IMG/VR virus record: IMGVR_UViG_3300013094_004547
Location: 10,781 to 74,780 of that record
Reading direction: 5' to 3' (one strand)
DNA from: a virus
DNA length: 64,000 nt
This document shows, piece by piece, positions 1 through 9,657 of the stretch; positions within the stretch are counted from its first letter, which is position 1, and each line of letters opens with the position of its first letter. Position numbers and translations under genes: made by a program. The notes under the pieces were generated by a model. The model was not told where the DNA came from and did no database searches. It worked only from the letters and a program-made list of their open reading frames with translations.

Positions 1-180
1 GGTGCGCAGGCGCTCGCCGTCCCGGATGAGCGTGCCGTTCGGCGCGATCGGCGCGGCGGCGAGCAGGCTTGCCGTGCTCGGCCGGGGCGGCAGGTGCGGT
101 CGGCCGCGCGCAACACAGGGCACGGTGCTGGTCGCGAGGTGGAGGACGGCGACGATCGCCGCCAGTAGCAAGCAGCGCAT
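1..180 (-). CDS. Exported protein, partial (runs off the window): MRCLLLAAIVAVLHLATSTVPCVARG...
   Basis: ATG at 180 overlaps the RlpA-like stop (TGATG); hydrophobic signal-like N-terminus; translated by hand. Confidence 0.6.
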   Translation of the reverse strand, partial: MRCLLLAAIVAVLHLATSTVPCVARGRPHLPPRPSTASLLAAAPIAPNGTLIRDGERLRT

Positions 181-575
181 CAGTGCGCGTCCGCCACGCG
201 ACGGTCGAAGCCGACGATCTCCACCCGCACCCGGGCGAGGCCACAGGCTCGAAGCGCCCGACACGAACCGGACGACAGGTCGATCAGCCGGCCCAAGCGA
301 CGGTGCGGCCCGCGATCGTTTACCCGGACGATGATGCTCCGGCCGGTGGCCAGGTGCGTCACCCGCAGCCGGGTGTTGAAGGGGACGTCCCAGATCGCCG
401 CCGTCAGGCTCATCGGGCGGAAATGCTCGCCGTTCGCCGTCCGGCCGCTCTTGTTAATGCGGAAGATCTCCCGACCGTAGGTCGAGGCGATCCCCTCCCA
501 GGCATGGGCGGACGCGGGGGCGAGCAGCAGCGCGCAAGCGACGGCCGCCCGCAGCGCGAGGCGCTGCAGGAGCAT
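180..575 (-). CDS. rlpA: RlpA-like (DPBB) lytic transglycosylase with signal peptide
   Basis: GIASTYG, TANGE, LTAA, VRVNDRGP, RLIDLS motifs; AHA signal-peptidase site. Confidence 0.88.
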   Translation of the reverse strand: MLLQRLALRAAVACALLLAPASAHAWEGIASTYGREIFRINKSGRTANGEHFRPMSLTAAIWDVPFNTRLRVTHLATGRSIIVRVNDRGPHRRLGRLIDLSSGSCRALRACGLARVRVEIVGFDRRVADAH

Positions 576-597
576 GACGATCTCCGAGGTGCGGGGT

Positions 598-1032
598 TTA
601 GGCGGCCTGGCCCTTGACCGTACCGCGGATCACGAGGGGCCCGAACGTCACGGGCGAGGCCGGCTTGCCGACCTCGGTAACCCAGATCTCGTGCTGGTAG
701 AGACCGGTCGGCGGGAAGTCGGCCAGGTCCTGCGGGTCGATCGGCAGCACGACCATGAACCCGCCCTCGGGGTCGGGGACGACGGCGAGCACCTTTGTGA
801 AGGCGCCCGGCGTGTCGGCGATCCAGAACTGCGGGCCGAGCGGACGGCCGGCGGGCACCGGTCCGACCCACCACGCCGCGCTCGCGCCCGTGAGATCCGG
901 GCGTGGAGAGGGTGGCGCGGGCGACGGCGGATCGGGATCGCGGATCGGCACCGTGTAGATCGCCGGCGCACCCTGAAACACCATGATCCGCTGGTCGAGC
1001 GCCGGTCCGTTCGTCGGGACGGCGGTCGCCAT
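598..1032 (-). CDS. Putative virion adaptor protein (beta-rich, BppU-like)
   Basis: ATG 1032 just after the upstream stop; GLYQHEIWVT..VTFGPLVI pattern; tail context. Confidence 0.5.
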   Translation of the reverse strand: MATAVPTNGPALDQRIMVFQGAPAIYTVPIRDPDPPSPAPPSPRPDLTGASAAWWVGPVPAGRPLGPQFWIADTPGAFTKVLAVVPDPEGGFMVVLPIDPQDLADFPPTGLYQHEIWVTEVGKPASPVTFGPLVIRGTVKGQAA

Positions 1033-1034
1033 GG

Positions 1035-1322
1035 TCAGGCCGCCGCGGCGGGGGCGACAGGCGCGGCGTCGGCCGAAGCGTCCGTCACCAGCTCGGCGTA
1101 GCCCAACGCGATCAGCTTCGCCGCGCACTTGTCCGGCAGGCTCATCTCGGCGCCGTTCGGCACCTTCCAGACGGCGGAGAGGAGATCGGTGTCGGGGATC
1201 TCATGCGCGTCCGTCACCGGGCGGGACAGCGCCTTGGCCAGGTCGTTGAGCGGAACGGGCACGTCCGCCGCCTCGTAGACGAAGCGGTGCTCGATGCCCA
1301 TCGTGACGCGGACAGACTTCAT
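1035..1322 (-). CDS. Hypothetical phage protein
   Basis: GGAG RBS, GC3-biased codons, operon context. Confidence 0.7.
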   Translation of the reverse strand: MKSVRVTMGIEHRFVYEAADVPVPLNDLAKALSRPVTDAHEIPDTDLLSAVWKVPNGAEMSLPDKCAAKLIALGYAELVTDASADAAPVAPAAAA

Positions 1323-1390
1323 GAGTAATTCTCCGATGTCAGGATCAGCGCCGGAGGATCGGCGCCGAGTATTGCCGAATACGACTGCGA

Positions 1391-1972
1391 TCAGCCCGTG
1401 ACCGCGGACAGGCTGACGGTGACGTTTAAGCTGTCCCCGCTCTGCATCGTGCGCGCGGCCGCGAAGTCCGCCGCGCCGATGATCGTGTCGGTGGTCGAGC
1501 CCCTGGCGTTGCTGGTCGCCACGAAGGCGCCGGACACTGCGGTGTTGGCCGCATTGATCGCGAAGCTCGCCGGCGAGGCCGAGTTGTCGAGGGAGGCCGT
1601 GGTGGTGCCCGACACCGCGCCGAGCGTCAGCGTCGGCCGGTTGGCCGCCGCGTAGGCGGTGACCTCGGACCAGCCGGAGTGCGAGGCCGAGGTGTCGGCC
1701 TGGGCGATGGTGCCCGAGCCCTTCAGGCCGACGTAGAACGCGGCCGTGTAGGCGCTGCCCTTCCAGAACGTGGAGAGCATCAGCGCGAGGCCGGCGTTGG
1801 TGGTGAGGTTTTCGGCCTCGTCCTCCCAGAGCACCTTGCCGTCGCGGAAGCAGACGTACTTGTGCCGGACGATCGGGCGGAAACCGTGGGCAGCGAGCGC
1901 GCGCGCGACCATCTGGGCGCGCGACTCCACGTCGGCGACGCCCACGTCGCCGGTCAGCAGGTCCTGAAGCAT
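1391..1972 (-). CDS. Virion structural protein (fibre or filament subunit-like)
   Basis: NLTTNAG...FYVGL...WSEVTAY...RPT...SGDSLNVTV pattern of small phage structural proteins. Confidence 0.65.
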   Translation of the reverse strand: MLQDLLTGDVGVADVESRAQMVARALAAHGFRPIVRHKYVCFRDGKVLWEDEAENLTTNAGLALMLSTFWKGSAYTAAFYVGLKGSGTIAQADTSASHSGWSEVTAYAAANRPTLTLGAVSGTTTASLDNSASPASFAINAANTAVSGAFVATSNARGSTTDTIIGAADFAAARTMQSGDSLNVTVSLSAVTG

Positions 1973-1981
1973 GTCGGAGTC

Positions 1982-4573
1982 CTAGTGGCGCGTGGGGCCT
2001 TGCGGCATCAGCGTGAGCCGCATCGTGCCGGCGAGGGTGCGCTGTCCTAAGCGCCGGCCTTGGAGGGTGAGGGTGACGGTCCGGATGCCCCGGAGCTGCA
2101 GGGCTCCCGCGTAGGGATCCCCGGCCTGGAAGGCGGCGGTGAGCGCGGCCTGCGCGGCGAGTTGCGCCGCGGCCACGCCGCTGATGGTGGCCGCCGCGGT
2201 TTGGTCGAGCTGCGCCGTGAAGGCGAGGCTCGGCCCGGACACGCCGGTCGTCGCGGCAGCAAAGGTGGGGTCGACGGGCAGGTTCAGCGTGCCCGTGACG
2301 ATCAGGCCGCCGCTCGCCAGCACCCGGGTCTGGGCCTGGAAGGTCGTCCCGGCCACGGCGTTCAGGACCGCGTCGGCGCTCTGGCTCGCCGCCCCGGCCA
2401 GCGCGATCGCCGCGTTCGCCCCGAGCGCGCCGGACGCCTGTTCGCCAACTGAGGCCGCGAGGGCCGCCAGGGCGGCCTGCCCGCTCTGCGCGGCGGCCGC
2501 CTGCAGCGCCGACGCCGCGAGCACGACCGCAGAGGCGAAGGATTGCCCACCAACGCTGGCGCCCGCGCCAAGGGCCTCGCCGAGCGCCGCGGCCGCGACC
2601 GCCACGGCCTGCACCTGCGCGCCCTGGCCTTCGGCTTGGCCCACCGCCACCGCGCCGGCGTAAAGGCCCGCCGCCGCACCCGAGAGACCGAGCGCCGCGG
2701 GCAGCGGAGCGGATGCGCTCGCCTGGCCCGTCCCGGCCGCGGCCGCGAGCACCTGGGCGGTCAGCGCGATCGCCGCCGCGTAGGCCTGCGCGCCACCGGT
2801 GCCGGCGCCGGTGCCCAGGGCCTCGCCGAGCGCCGTGGCGGCGATCATCAGGGCCTGCGACCGGGCGGCGAGCGCGTCGGCCTGCGCCAGACCCACGGCG
2901 CCAGCGTAGGAGCCGGTGGCCGCGCCGGACTGGCCCGCCACCGCCGGCAGGGCGAGCGCAGCCGCGGCCGCGGCCGTCCCAGATGCCGCGGCGAGCGCCT
3001 GGCCCGCGAGGATGACCGCCGCGGCATAGGCCTGCGTGCCGCCCGGGCTTGCGGACGACCCGACGGCCTTCGCCAGCGCCGCGGCGGCGGCTAGGATCGC
3101 GGAGCTGCCGGCCGACTGGGCCAGCGCGTGGGTGAGACCCATCGGCACCTGCGCGGCGGTCTGTGCGGCGCTTGATGCCGCGGGCACGGTGGCCAGGTTC
3201 GCGGCGCCAGTCGTCGCGGTCGTAGCGGAGCCCGACGCCGTAGTTACGGTGGCGAGGTTCGTCGCACCGGTCGTCACTGCCTGCCCGGCCGATGTCGCGA
3301 CCGCCGAGGCGGCGAGCGCCATGGCCGAGGCGTAGGCCGCCCCGCCCGTGCCGGACGCGGCGGCGAGCGCCATCATCAGCGCGGCGCCCTGCGCGGCCGT
3401 GAGCGCACCGGTGTCGGTCAGGCCGGCGCCCTGAGCCAGCGCGAGCGCCGAGGCCGCGGTCAGGCCGCCCGATGCCGCCTCACCTGCGAGCGCCGCGAGC
3501 GTGAGCGTGGTCGATGCCGCGACCTTCGCCGAGCCCGTCAGGCCCGCGATCTCGGCGAGCGCCGCCGTGGCCGCCACGCGGACGGAGGGGGAACTGGCGA
3601 GCACGGCCGCCGCAGCAAGCGGGATCTGTGCGCCCGCCACGGCTGCGCCCGACGCCGTCGCCGAGCCGATAGCTGCGAGGGAGGCCGCGCTCACCCCGGA
3701 GAGAAGCGCCGCGTTCAAATGGGCCGGGGTGGCGGCGAGCGCGATGCTGGAGGCGTAGACCGCCCCGCCCGTCGAAACGGTCGGGGCGGCGGCCTTGTAT
3801 GGGTTGTCCGAGCTGATTTTCGCTTGCGTGCCCTGCCGCCAGTGCAGGATGCTCTCAAGCTGAAATTTCTCATCGGCCGTCAGAACTCGGTCCACGACGC
3901 CGATGGCGCCGGCCGAACACTTGGCCGCGTTGCAGTAGTTGTTGATCGTGTAGAAGACGCGGCCGCCCGTCGATCCGATCGAGGATTTCGTGCCGGTGCC
4001 GCTCGCCTCGACCACGCCGTTGACGCGCAGCTCGACCGCCACGCTGCCGGCCGTCGTATCGAGGGTCAGGATCGCGAGGCTCGGCCCCGCCGTGACGTCG
4101 CTCGTCCCGTGATAGCTGCCGGAGCCGCCCGCCCGGTCGGTGTACCACCAGTGCGGGCCGTCGTTGTTCCAACCGAACAGGTTCTCGACGCCGTCGCCGC
4201 CCTGGCCCCAGGACAGCAGGACCGAGTTGCCGCCGCTGTCGGGGGCGGCCTGGATGAGCGCGAAGATCGTCACGTCGCTCTGGCCGGTGGGCAGGCCTGA
4301 GACGTTCGAGAGATCGAGAAACTGCCCGCCATTCGTGACGACCGCGGGATTGCCGTTGAGGCCGGCCGTCGAATAGCTCGGCTGGTTTCCGGCGACCGGC
4401 ATCGAGGCGACGACGGGCGCGCCGCCGGGGCGCGCACCGCCGGCGACGGACTCGTCGCTCCACTGCGAGATCGAGCCGGCCGATTGCGTGATGGTGGATG
4501 CGTCGAACGGATCGTAGAACGCCGACAGGTCCGCCCCGAGGAGATCGCAGACCGTCTTGAGCCGCGCGCCCAT
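1982..4573 (-). CDS. Fibre-like protein: N-terminal LamG/ConA-like lectin domain plus about 600 aa Ala-rich repeat stalk
   Basis: YDPFDASTITQSAGSISQWSD, GLNGNPAV, LRVNG, DRVLTADE..LESIL motifs, then Ala/Gly/Ser repeats. Confidence 0.75.
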   Translation of the reverse strand: MGARLKTVCDLLGADLSAFYDPFDASTITQSAGSISQWSDESVAGGARPGGAPVVASMPVAGNQPSYSTAGLNGNPAVVTNGGQFLDLSNVSGLPTGQSDVTIFALIQAAPDSGGNSVLLSWGQGGDGVENLFGWNNDGPHWWYTDRAGGSGSYHGTSDVTAGPSLAILTLDTTAGSVAVELRVNGVVEASGTGTKSSIGSTGGRVFYTINNYCNAAKCSAGAIGVVDRVLTADEKFQLESILHWRQGTQAKISSDNPYKAAAPTVSTGGAVYASSIALAATPAHLNAALLSGVSAASLAAIGSATASGAAVAGAQIPLAAAAVLASSPSVRVAATAALAEIAGLTGSAKVAASTTLTLAALAGEAASGGLTAASALALAQGAGLTDTGALTAAQGAALMMALAAASGTGGAAYASAMALAASAVATSAGQAVTTGATNLATVTTASGSATTATTGAANLATVPAASSAAQTAAQVPMGLTHALAQSAGSSAILAAAAALAKAVGSSASPGGTQAYAAAVILAGQALAAASGTAAAAAALALPAVAGQSGAATGSYAGAVGLAQADALAARSQALMIAATALGEALGTGAGTGGAQAYAAAIALTAQVLAAAAGTGQASASAPLPAALGLSGAAAGLYAGAVAVGQAEGQGAQVQAVAVAAAALGEALGAGASVGGQSFASAVVLAASALQAAAAQSGQAALAALAASVGEQASGALGANAAIALAGAASQSADAVLNAVAGTTFQAQTRVLASGGLIVTGTLNLPVDPTFAAATTGVSGPSLAFTAQLDQTAAATISGVAAAQLAAQAALTAAFQAGDPYAGALQLRGIRTVTLTLQGRRLGQRTLAGTMRLTLMPQGPTRH

Positions 4574-4574
4574 C

Positions 4575-4964
4575 TTACACCTTGGCGATCAGGGTCGGAG
4601 GCGCCGGCCACCAAGAGGCGTCGGCCACTTCGACGGTCACGGTCGCGGGGATGCCCTGGGCCACGAAGGCGGCCACGGTGAGCGGCGGGATGGCGGTCGG
4701 CTGCAGCACGAACGTCGCGCCCGGCACAGCCTCACAGTGCCGCACGACCCACTTGCCGTCGCTGCGCTGCCTCGGCACGTCCCAGGTGAGCGTGCGGGCG
4801 GCGTCGGGCATCGCCGCGCCGTCGCTCGCCCTCTTGCCGATGATGGCGCCCTGATCGTCTACGCCGTAGCCTTGCGCGGCGTAGACCGTACGCGCCCGGG
4901 TATCGATCCCGTCGACGCAAGCCTGCGCGCTCGCCTGATTGGGGAATACGTAGTAGCGAGGCAT
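4575..4964 (-). CDS. Hypothetical protein (possible fibre chaperone)
   Basis: TLTWDVPRQRSDGKW motif; 1 nt from the LamG gene. Confidence 0.65.
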   Translation of the reverse strand: MPRYYVFPNQASAQACVDGIDTRARTVYAAQGYGVDDQGAIIGKRASDGAAMPDAARTLTWDVPRQRSDGKWVVRHCEAVPGATFVLQPTAIPPLTVAAFVAQGIPATVTVEVADASWWPAPPTLIAKV

Positions 4965-5025
4965 GCGTCGGGCTCCCGGCGAGCAGGGTCAGGGGCCAAT
5001 CAAGGCGCGGTCGGAACGGAGGGCG

Positions 5026-6597
5026 TCAGATCTCGCTGTCGAGCGTGACGAAGATGTTGCCCTGGGTGTTGATGCCGGTCACCGTCATAGACAGGGTGAC
5101 GTTGGTGGCATCGACCGAGACGACCAACGCGCTCGCCGAGGCGACCGACGCGCCGCCGGTCCCGACGGTCGAGACGCCGACCCGGAACTTCGTTGGCGGC
5201 ATCGCCAGACCGTGTGGGATCTGGAGATAGCCGCCGCCGTTCGCAGTGGCGTAGGTGCCGACCTTGGTCGAGCGCACCGAGCCGGCTTGCGCGCCGCCGC
5301 TGACCCGTAGCAGGCCCGTGCCCGGGGCTTGGTTGGCCGAGCCGACATCCACTGTGGCGAGCAGGCTCGAATTCGAGAACTCGATGGCGTGATCGGCACC
5401 GAAGCCATGCATGGTGTTGGCCGAGAACGTCGCCGTGATGCCCGGCACGAACTGCGCGGCCATGGATCCGAACGCGATCTCGTTGCCGATGATCTGCACG
5501 CCCAGGGCCTGAGCCCCGCCGACGCCGGCTATGTTCTGGATCGCCGGAGCGTTCGCGTTGACCGCGGAGATGTAATTCCCCTGGATCAGGACGCCCTGCA
5601 CCCCGGAATTGTTATAGCCAGCCGGCTCGAACCGGATCGCGCCCTTGGCCGACCCCTGATCGGCCATGTTGCCGATGACGCGCATCGACAGCCCCGAGGA
5701 GAGCGTCAGGAACGGACCGCCGGTGAGCACGCTCTCGTTGAGCGCGACGAGCGTCCCCTCCGGCCGAGCGGCAGACCCGTTGTCGCCGATCCAACCGCCC
5801 TGCCCCGTGCCGCCCATGTAGTTCCGGACGACTTGGCAATTGATGCTGATCAGGTTCGGGTCGGTTCGGATCTGTTGCCAAGTCAGCGCGTTGGGGCGCA
5901 GATTGGTGATGGAATTGTCGAAGACGTGATTGTTGGACCCAGTAAACCGGATCATCGGCGAAGCGTTGGTCGAATGGATCGCCGTCAGCGTGTTGCCGAA
6001 GACGTCGTTCGCTTGGCTGTTGAAATTGAATAACGAGCCCGATGGGCCGGTATGCGCGATCTTGAGGCCGTGGATCTTGGCGTTGTAGGTCGTGCCGACG
6101 AAGGTATCGACCGCAGCCGTCGTCGAGATCGAACCGCCGGTGCCGACGATTTCGACCTGGTCGACGTTGACCGACGTGTTGATCACGTAGCTCACGCCGC
6201 CGGGCGCGGCCGGCACGACGAGGGGGCGGTTGGCAGCGCGGGCTGCCGCGACGGCCTGGGTAAAGGCGGCCGACACGTCATTGCCAGCAGCTAGATCTGC
6301 GGCCGCCACAAAGCCGAGGACGCTGATGCCGTTGGCGACGGCGATGTCTGGAAGCTTCGGCGCGATCGGGGCGCCGGGCAGCGGAACGGTCAGGCCGCTG
6401 GCGTCGCCGTTCTTCGGCAGTAGGCCCGACAAGTCCTGGGTCGCGCCCGGGGCCCCCTTCTGCGCCGCGACGTAATCGGCGAGCGACCCGGTGTTGCCGA
6501 GCGCGAGCCACGCCTGATAGGCGCTCTGTCCGGTTTGCCCGGCCGGGCCGGCGACGAGGAGGATCGCGCCGGCGAGCGACGCGGTGCGGATTGCCAT
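5026..6597 (-). CDS. Tail spike / putative depolymerase with pectate-lyase-like beta-helix
   Basis: GQSAYQAWLALGNTGS head motif; ISVLGF..GNDVSAAFTQAVAAA..LVVPA beta-helix start; Asn/Ile ladders. Confidence 0.8.
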   Translation of the reverse strand: MAIRTASLAGAILLVAGPAGQTGQSAYQAWLALGNTGSLADYVAAQKGAPGATQDLSGLLPKNGDASGLTVPLPGAPIAPKLPDIAVANGISVLGFVAAADLAAGNDVSAAFTQAVAAARAANRPLVVPAAPGGVSYVINTSVNVDQVEIVGTGGSISTTAAVDTFVGTTYNAKIHGLKIAHTGPSGSLFNFNSQANDVFGNTLTAIHSTNASPMIRFTGSNNHVFDNSITNLRPNALTWQQIRTDPNLISINCQVVRNYMGGTGQGGWIGDNGSAARPEGTLVALNESVLTGGPFLTLSSGLSMRVIGNMADQGSAKGAIRFEPAGYNNSGVQGVLIQGNYISAVNANAPAIQNIAGVGGAQALGVQIIGNEIAFGSMAAQFVPGITATFSANTMHGFGADHAIEFSNSSLLATVDVGSANQAPGTGLLRVSGGAQAGSVRSTKVGTYATANGGGYLQIPHGLAMPPTKFRVGVSTVGTGGASVASASALVVSVDATNVTLSMTVTGINTQGNIFVTLDSEI

Positions 6598-6598
6598 C

Positions 6599-7267
6599 TC
6601 AAGCCTGCTCGATCTGCGCGGCGTTCGCGGTGTGGTGGATCAGGCCGTAGAAGGCCAGGACCGTCAGGCCCGTGGCGGGGTCGTTAGCCGTGATCGCGTA
6701 GGGATAACCCTCGGGCTTGACCGGCACCCGGGCCATGGTCGCGCGCGGCACAATCATAGCGAGCGTGCCAGCAGCGCCGCCATTGGCGATGGTCGGGTTC
6801 TGCCCGGCGCTCGTGGCCGCCACGGCGATCGACGCGGCACTCACCGACGCCCGCGCGTCCAGGTTGAAGACCAAGCCCGTGATGTCGAGCGGGGCGGGCA
6901 TCACCGTGATCGCGAAGCTGTCACCGACGACGAACGGCGTCGCGCCCTGGGTCAGGGTGAAGGTGATCCCGGCAGCGTAGAGCGGCAGCCCGACCACGCC
7001 CGAGGCCGTGACCGTCCCATCCGGCGCGGTGACGCTGATCCGGGGTAGCCCGAGGGCCACCGCCGTCACCGCGACCACGTGGGCGCCGTAGGGCGACCCG
7101 GCGGCGACCGATGCCACCGCGAGACCGCCGTTGCCGACGTTGTCGTCCCCGGCGCGCACGCCGCCAGTCGACGGCGTGCCGATCACCGGCAAGCCATCGA
7201 GCCAGTCGAAGATCTGCGTCGTGTCGAAATCGACCCGCTGCGGCTGGATCAGGGCGAGGTTCGACAT
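6599..7267 (-). CDS. Virion accessory protein
   Basis: GNGGL..SVTAPDG..GITFTLTQGATPFVVGDSFAITV module like the insert in some head-decoration proteins. Confidence 0.6.
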   Translation of the reverse strand: MSNLALIQPQRVDFDTTQIFDWLDGLPVIGTPSTGGVRAGDDNVGNGGLAVASVAAGSPYGAHVVAVTAVALGLPRISVTAPDGTVTASGVVGLPLYAAGITFTLTQGATPFVVGDSFAITVMPAPLDITGLVFNLDARASVSAASIAVAATSAGQNPTIANGGAAGTLAMIVPRATMARVPVKPEGYPYAITANDPATGLTVLAFYGLIHHTANAAQIEQA

Positions 7268-7344
7268 CGGTGCCAAGCCTCATACGGCATGAAAAAACAG
7301 CCCGGAGGGGGCGCGGTCGACCCGTGCGGGAGCCCGCAGTCGGA

Positions 7345-7884
7345 TCAGGCGGAGGGCGCCAGACCGGCGAACGCGGCATCGATGTCCGCGAAGGTCGTGA
7401 TCGTCGGCGGCCCGGCGTGAATGCCGGCATCGCACGCGTCCTCGGCGACGAAGCAGGCCTGGACGTGGGCGAAAACGGCGAGCGCCACCGCTTTGAGCTG
7501 GTCTGCCGAGAGATCGATCCAGCCGGAGGTCGCCTTGAACTTGACCGAGGCGACCCCGGACGCCTGCATCCCGGCGAATGCGTTGGCCACCATGGACTGG
7601 CTGTCCCGGTCGGTCGCCACGCGCACGCCTTTCACGTCGACGCCGCCGGTCTCGACGGCGTAGCGACGCGCGGCGGCGTACGCCACGAGGTCTGCCGCCG
7701 TGGCTACTGGCAGGACCGGAGCGGCGAAGGCGCCGCCGTCCCAGGTCCAGCCGAGCTTGGCCGCGCCCGCCGGATGGAAGCTCGCCGCGAGATCGGCCGA
7801 GAAACAGTCGATCGGCGCCAGGCCTTCAGGGGATGCCCATGCCTCGACGGCCACGCCATCCATCACGCGAAGGTAATCGGTCAT
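7345..7884 (-). CDS. DUF4376-like tail fibre assembly protein
   Basis: AARRYAVETGG..V.TDRDSQ..W..L..HVQACF.AE. Confidence 0.8.
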   Translation of the reverse strand: MTDYLRVMDGVAVEAWASPEGLAPIDCFSADLAASFHPAGAAKLGWTWDGGAFAAPVLPVATAADLVAYAAARRYAVETGGVDVKGVRVATDRDSQSMVANAFAGMQASGVASVKFKATSGWIDLSADQLKAVALAVFAHVQACFVAEDACDAGIHAGPPTITTFADIDAAFAGLAPSA

Positions 7885-7885
7885 T

Positions 7886-8779
7886 TCAGGCGTACTCCTC
7901 TACGATGACCATGCCCGGCGCGCCCGCCCCGCCGAGGTAGCCACCGCCGCTCGCCTGAGAGGATGCGCCGCTACCGCCGGAGCCAGCCGTGGCGGCGTCG
8001 GTTCCGTTGGCGCTGCTGGTGTAGACGCCGCCCGCAGCCGCCCCGACGTAGCTCTGGCCGCCGTTGCCGCTGGAGATGTTGGCCGAGCTGAAGGCGACTC
8101 CGTTGGCACCGGCGCCGCCGTTGCCGTTGTAGACGTTGCCGCCGACCCCCTGGCCGCCGACGCCGGCCGCATTGGAATAGGGCGAGTTGGCAGCCCCCGT
8201 GACGGTACCGCCCATCCCGCCGGTCGCCGATAGAAGGGACCCGAAAGAGGACGTGCCTCCGTTGTTGCCCGCCCCGCTGGCGGGCCCCTTCGGGCCGCCC
8301 GCGCCGACGGTGACCGCCACCCCGGCGAAGCCGCTGGCGATGTCGGAGATGGCCACGCCCCCGGCGCCGCCGCCGGCGCCGACTGCGAACTGCCCCGAAT
8401 TCGTCGCCGGGACGCCCGTTCCCGACCCGCCGCCGCCCACCGTGGTGATCCGCACTTTGTTGGTGCCGGCGGTCGGCGTGTAGGTCATGGTGCCGGGCGT
8501 CGAGAACACCCGGCGGGCGATCAGCGAGCCCTTGGCGTAGTTGTTCGTGACGTAGGTGGCTGCAGCGTTGCTCGCGAGCTTCGGGATCGCCTGGGACAGC
8601 TGCGTCAGATCGGTGTTCGTCGGGGTCAGCCCGGCGGCCACGATCGTGGCGACGATCTCGCGCTGAGGGTATTCGAGCCCCTCCGCGCACGGGATCGATC
8701 CGGCGGTGTTGGTCGCCGGATTGCCGTTGATGTAGCCAGCCGCCGGGTTCGTCTGATCGAAGGGCTTGTTGTAGATCAC
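7886..8779 (-). CDS. Tail fibre protein with glycine-rich domain
   Basis: YINGNP..GSIP..EYPQREIV..GLTP..DLTQLSQAI anchor; VGGGGSG...GAPGMVIVEEY. Confidence 0.85.
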   Translation of the reverse strand: MIYNKPFDQTNPAAGYINGNPATNTAGSIPCAEGLEYPQREIVATIVAAGLTPTNTDLTQLSQAIPKLASNAAATYVTNNYAKGSLIARRVFSTPGTMTYTPTAGTNKVRITTVGGGGSGTGVPATNSGQFAVGAGGGAGGVAISDIASGFAGVAVTVGAGGPKGPASGAGNNGGTSSFGSLLSATGGMGGTVTGAANSPYSNAAGVGGQGVGGNVYNGNGGAGANGVAFSSANISSGNGGQSYVGAAAGGVYTSSANGTDAATAGSGGSGASSQASGGGYLGGAGAPGMVIVEEYA

Positions 8780-8862
8780 GGGCGGACGCTCCGGACGCGC
8801 GCGGCCGCGCCCGAGCCGCGGACGCGGTCAGGTCAGGCCGTGCGATCGGTTGAGGGGCGGGG

Positions 8863-9657
8863 CTAGTAGAGCGGCACGCTTTCGGCCGGCAGCGGATCGC
8901 CGCCATGGTCGATGATGGTCAGCAGCGGGTCGGTGCCGCAGTGGTTCACGCCGGCCCGGAAGGGCACGTATTCCTGGTACTTCGGCGTGACGTTGGCGTA
9001 GTCGAACAGGATCTCGGTGTGCGCCGGCTTGTAGCGCCGGAACAGGCATTCGAGGTCCATGGCTTGGCTGAAGCGAACCATCGGATCGATGCCACACTGG
9101 CCGGCCCCGGCCCGAAACCATGAGATCCGGGATCCGAAGACCCGCACGGTCCAGTAGAACCGGATCTCGGGCGGGCCGACTTGCCAGCGGTATTGCTCGC
9201 CGTTGGTGCCAGTCGCCCGCGTGTCTCCACAGCGGGAGATCCCGGCCATGAACGGCGAGTACTCGACGATCCGGATGACGTAGCCCAGCCGTGAGGCGAC
9301 GTTGTAGAAGTAGGCCCGGCTCTGGCCACCCTCCGCGGTGATCCGTTCGATCAGCGCCAGGCGGCGCTCCTCAAGGGTGTACTGCTCCTGGACGCACGGG
9401 TCGGGCAGGCCAAAGGCACGCTCCCAGTCCGGCAGAAGCTCGGTGGTGAAGCGCGGGTCGAGCTCCAACTCCAGGAGGTCAGCCGCGCGCGGATCGACAA
9501 CTGCGCCCCAGATCTCGGCCTGCCCGCGCACGAGCCGCATCAGGTCGCCGTCGGGATCGCGCGACCACGCCTCGCCAGTGGGCAGCAAGCGCGCGAAGGC
9601 CTGCGCGTAATCATCGCCGTCGCGGCGGATGAAGCCGTCGCCTGATCCGCCGCTCAT
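8863..9657 (-). CDS. Mu gp48-like baseplate protein (YmfQ/DUF2313)
   Basis: LLPTGEAW, ELLPDWER..GLPD, GGQSRAYF, LEC..YKPAHT; ATG 9657 overlaps the gp47 stop. Confidence 0.9.
   Translation of the reverse strand: MSGGSGDGFIRRDGDDYAQAFARLLPTGEAWSRDPDGDLMRLVRGQAEIWGAVVDPRAADLLELELDPRFTTELLPDWERAFGLPDPCVQEQYTLEERRLALIERITAEGGQSRAYFYNVASRLGYVIRIVEYSPFMAGISRCGDTRATGTNGEQYRWQVGPPEIRFYWTVRVFGSRISWFRAGAGQCGIDPMVRFSQAMDLECLFRRYKPAHTEILFDYANVTPKYQEYVPFRAGVNHCGTDPLLTIIDHGGDPLPAESVPLY

Noticed and set aside
1982-8779. Diversity-generating retroelement or invertible fibre cassette
   Set aside because: No reverse transcriptase, template/variable repeat pair or flanking inverted sites seen in the window.
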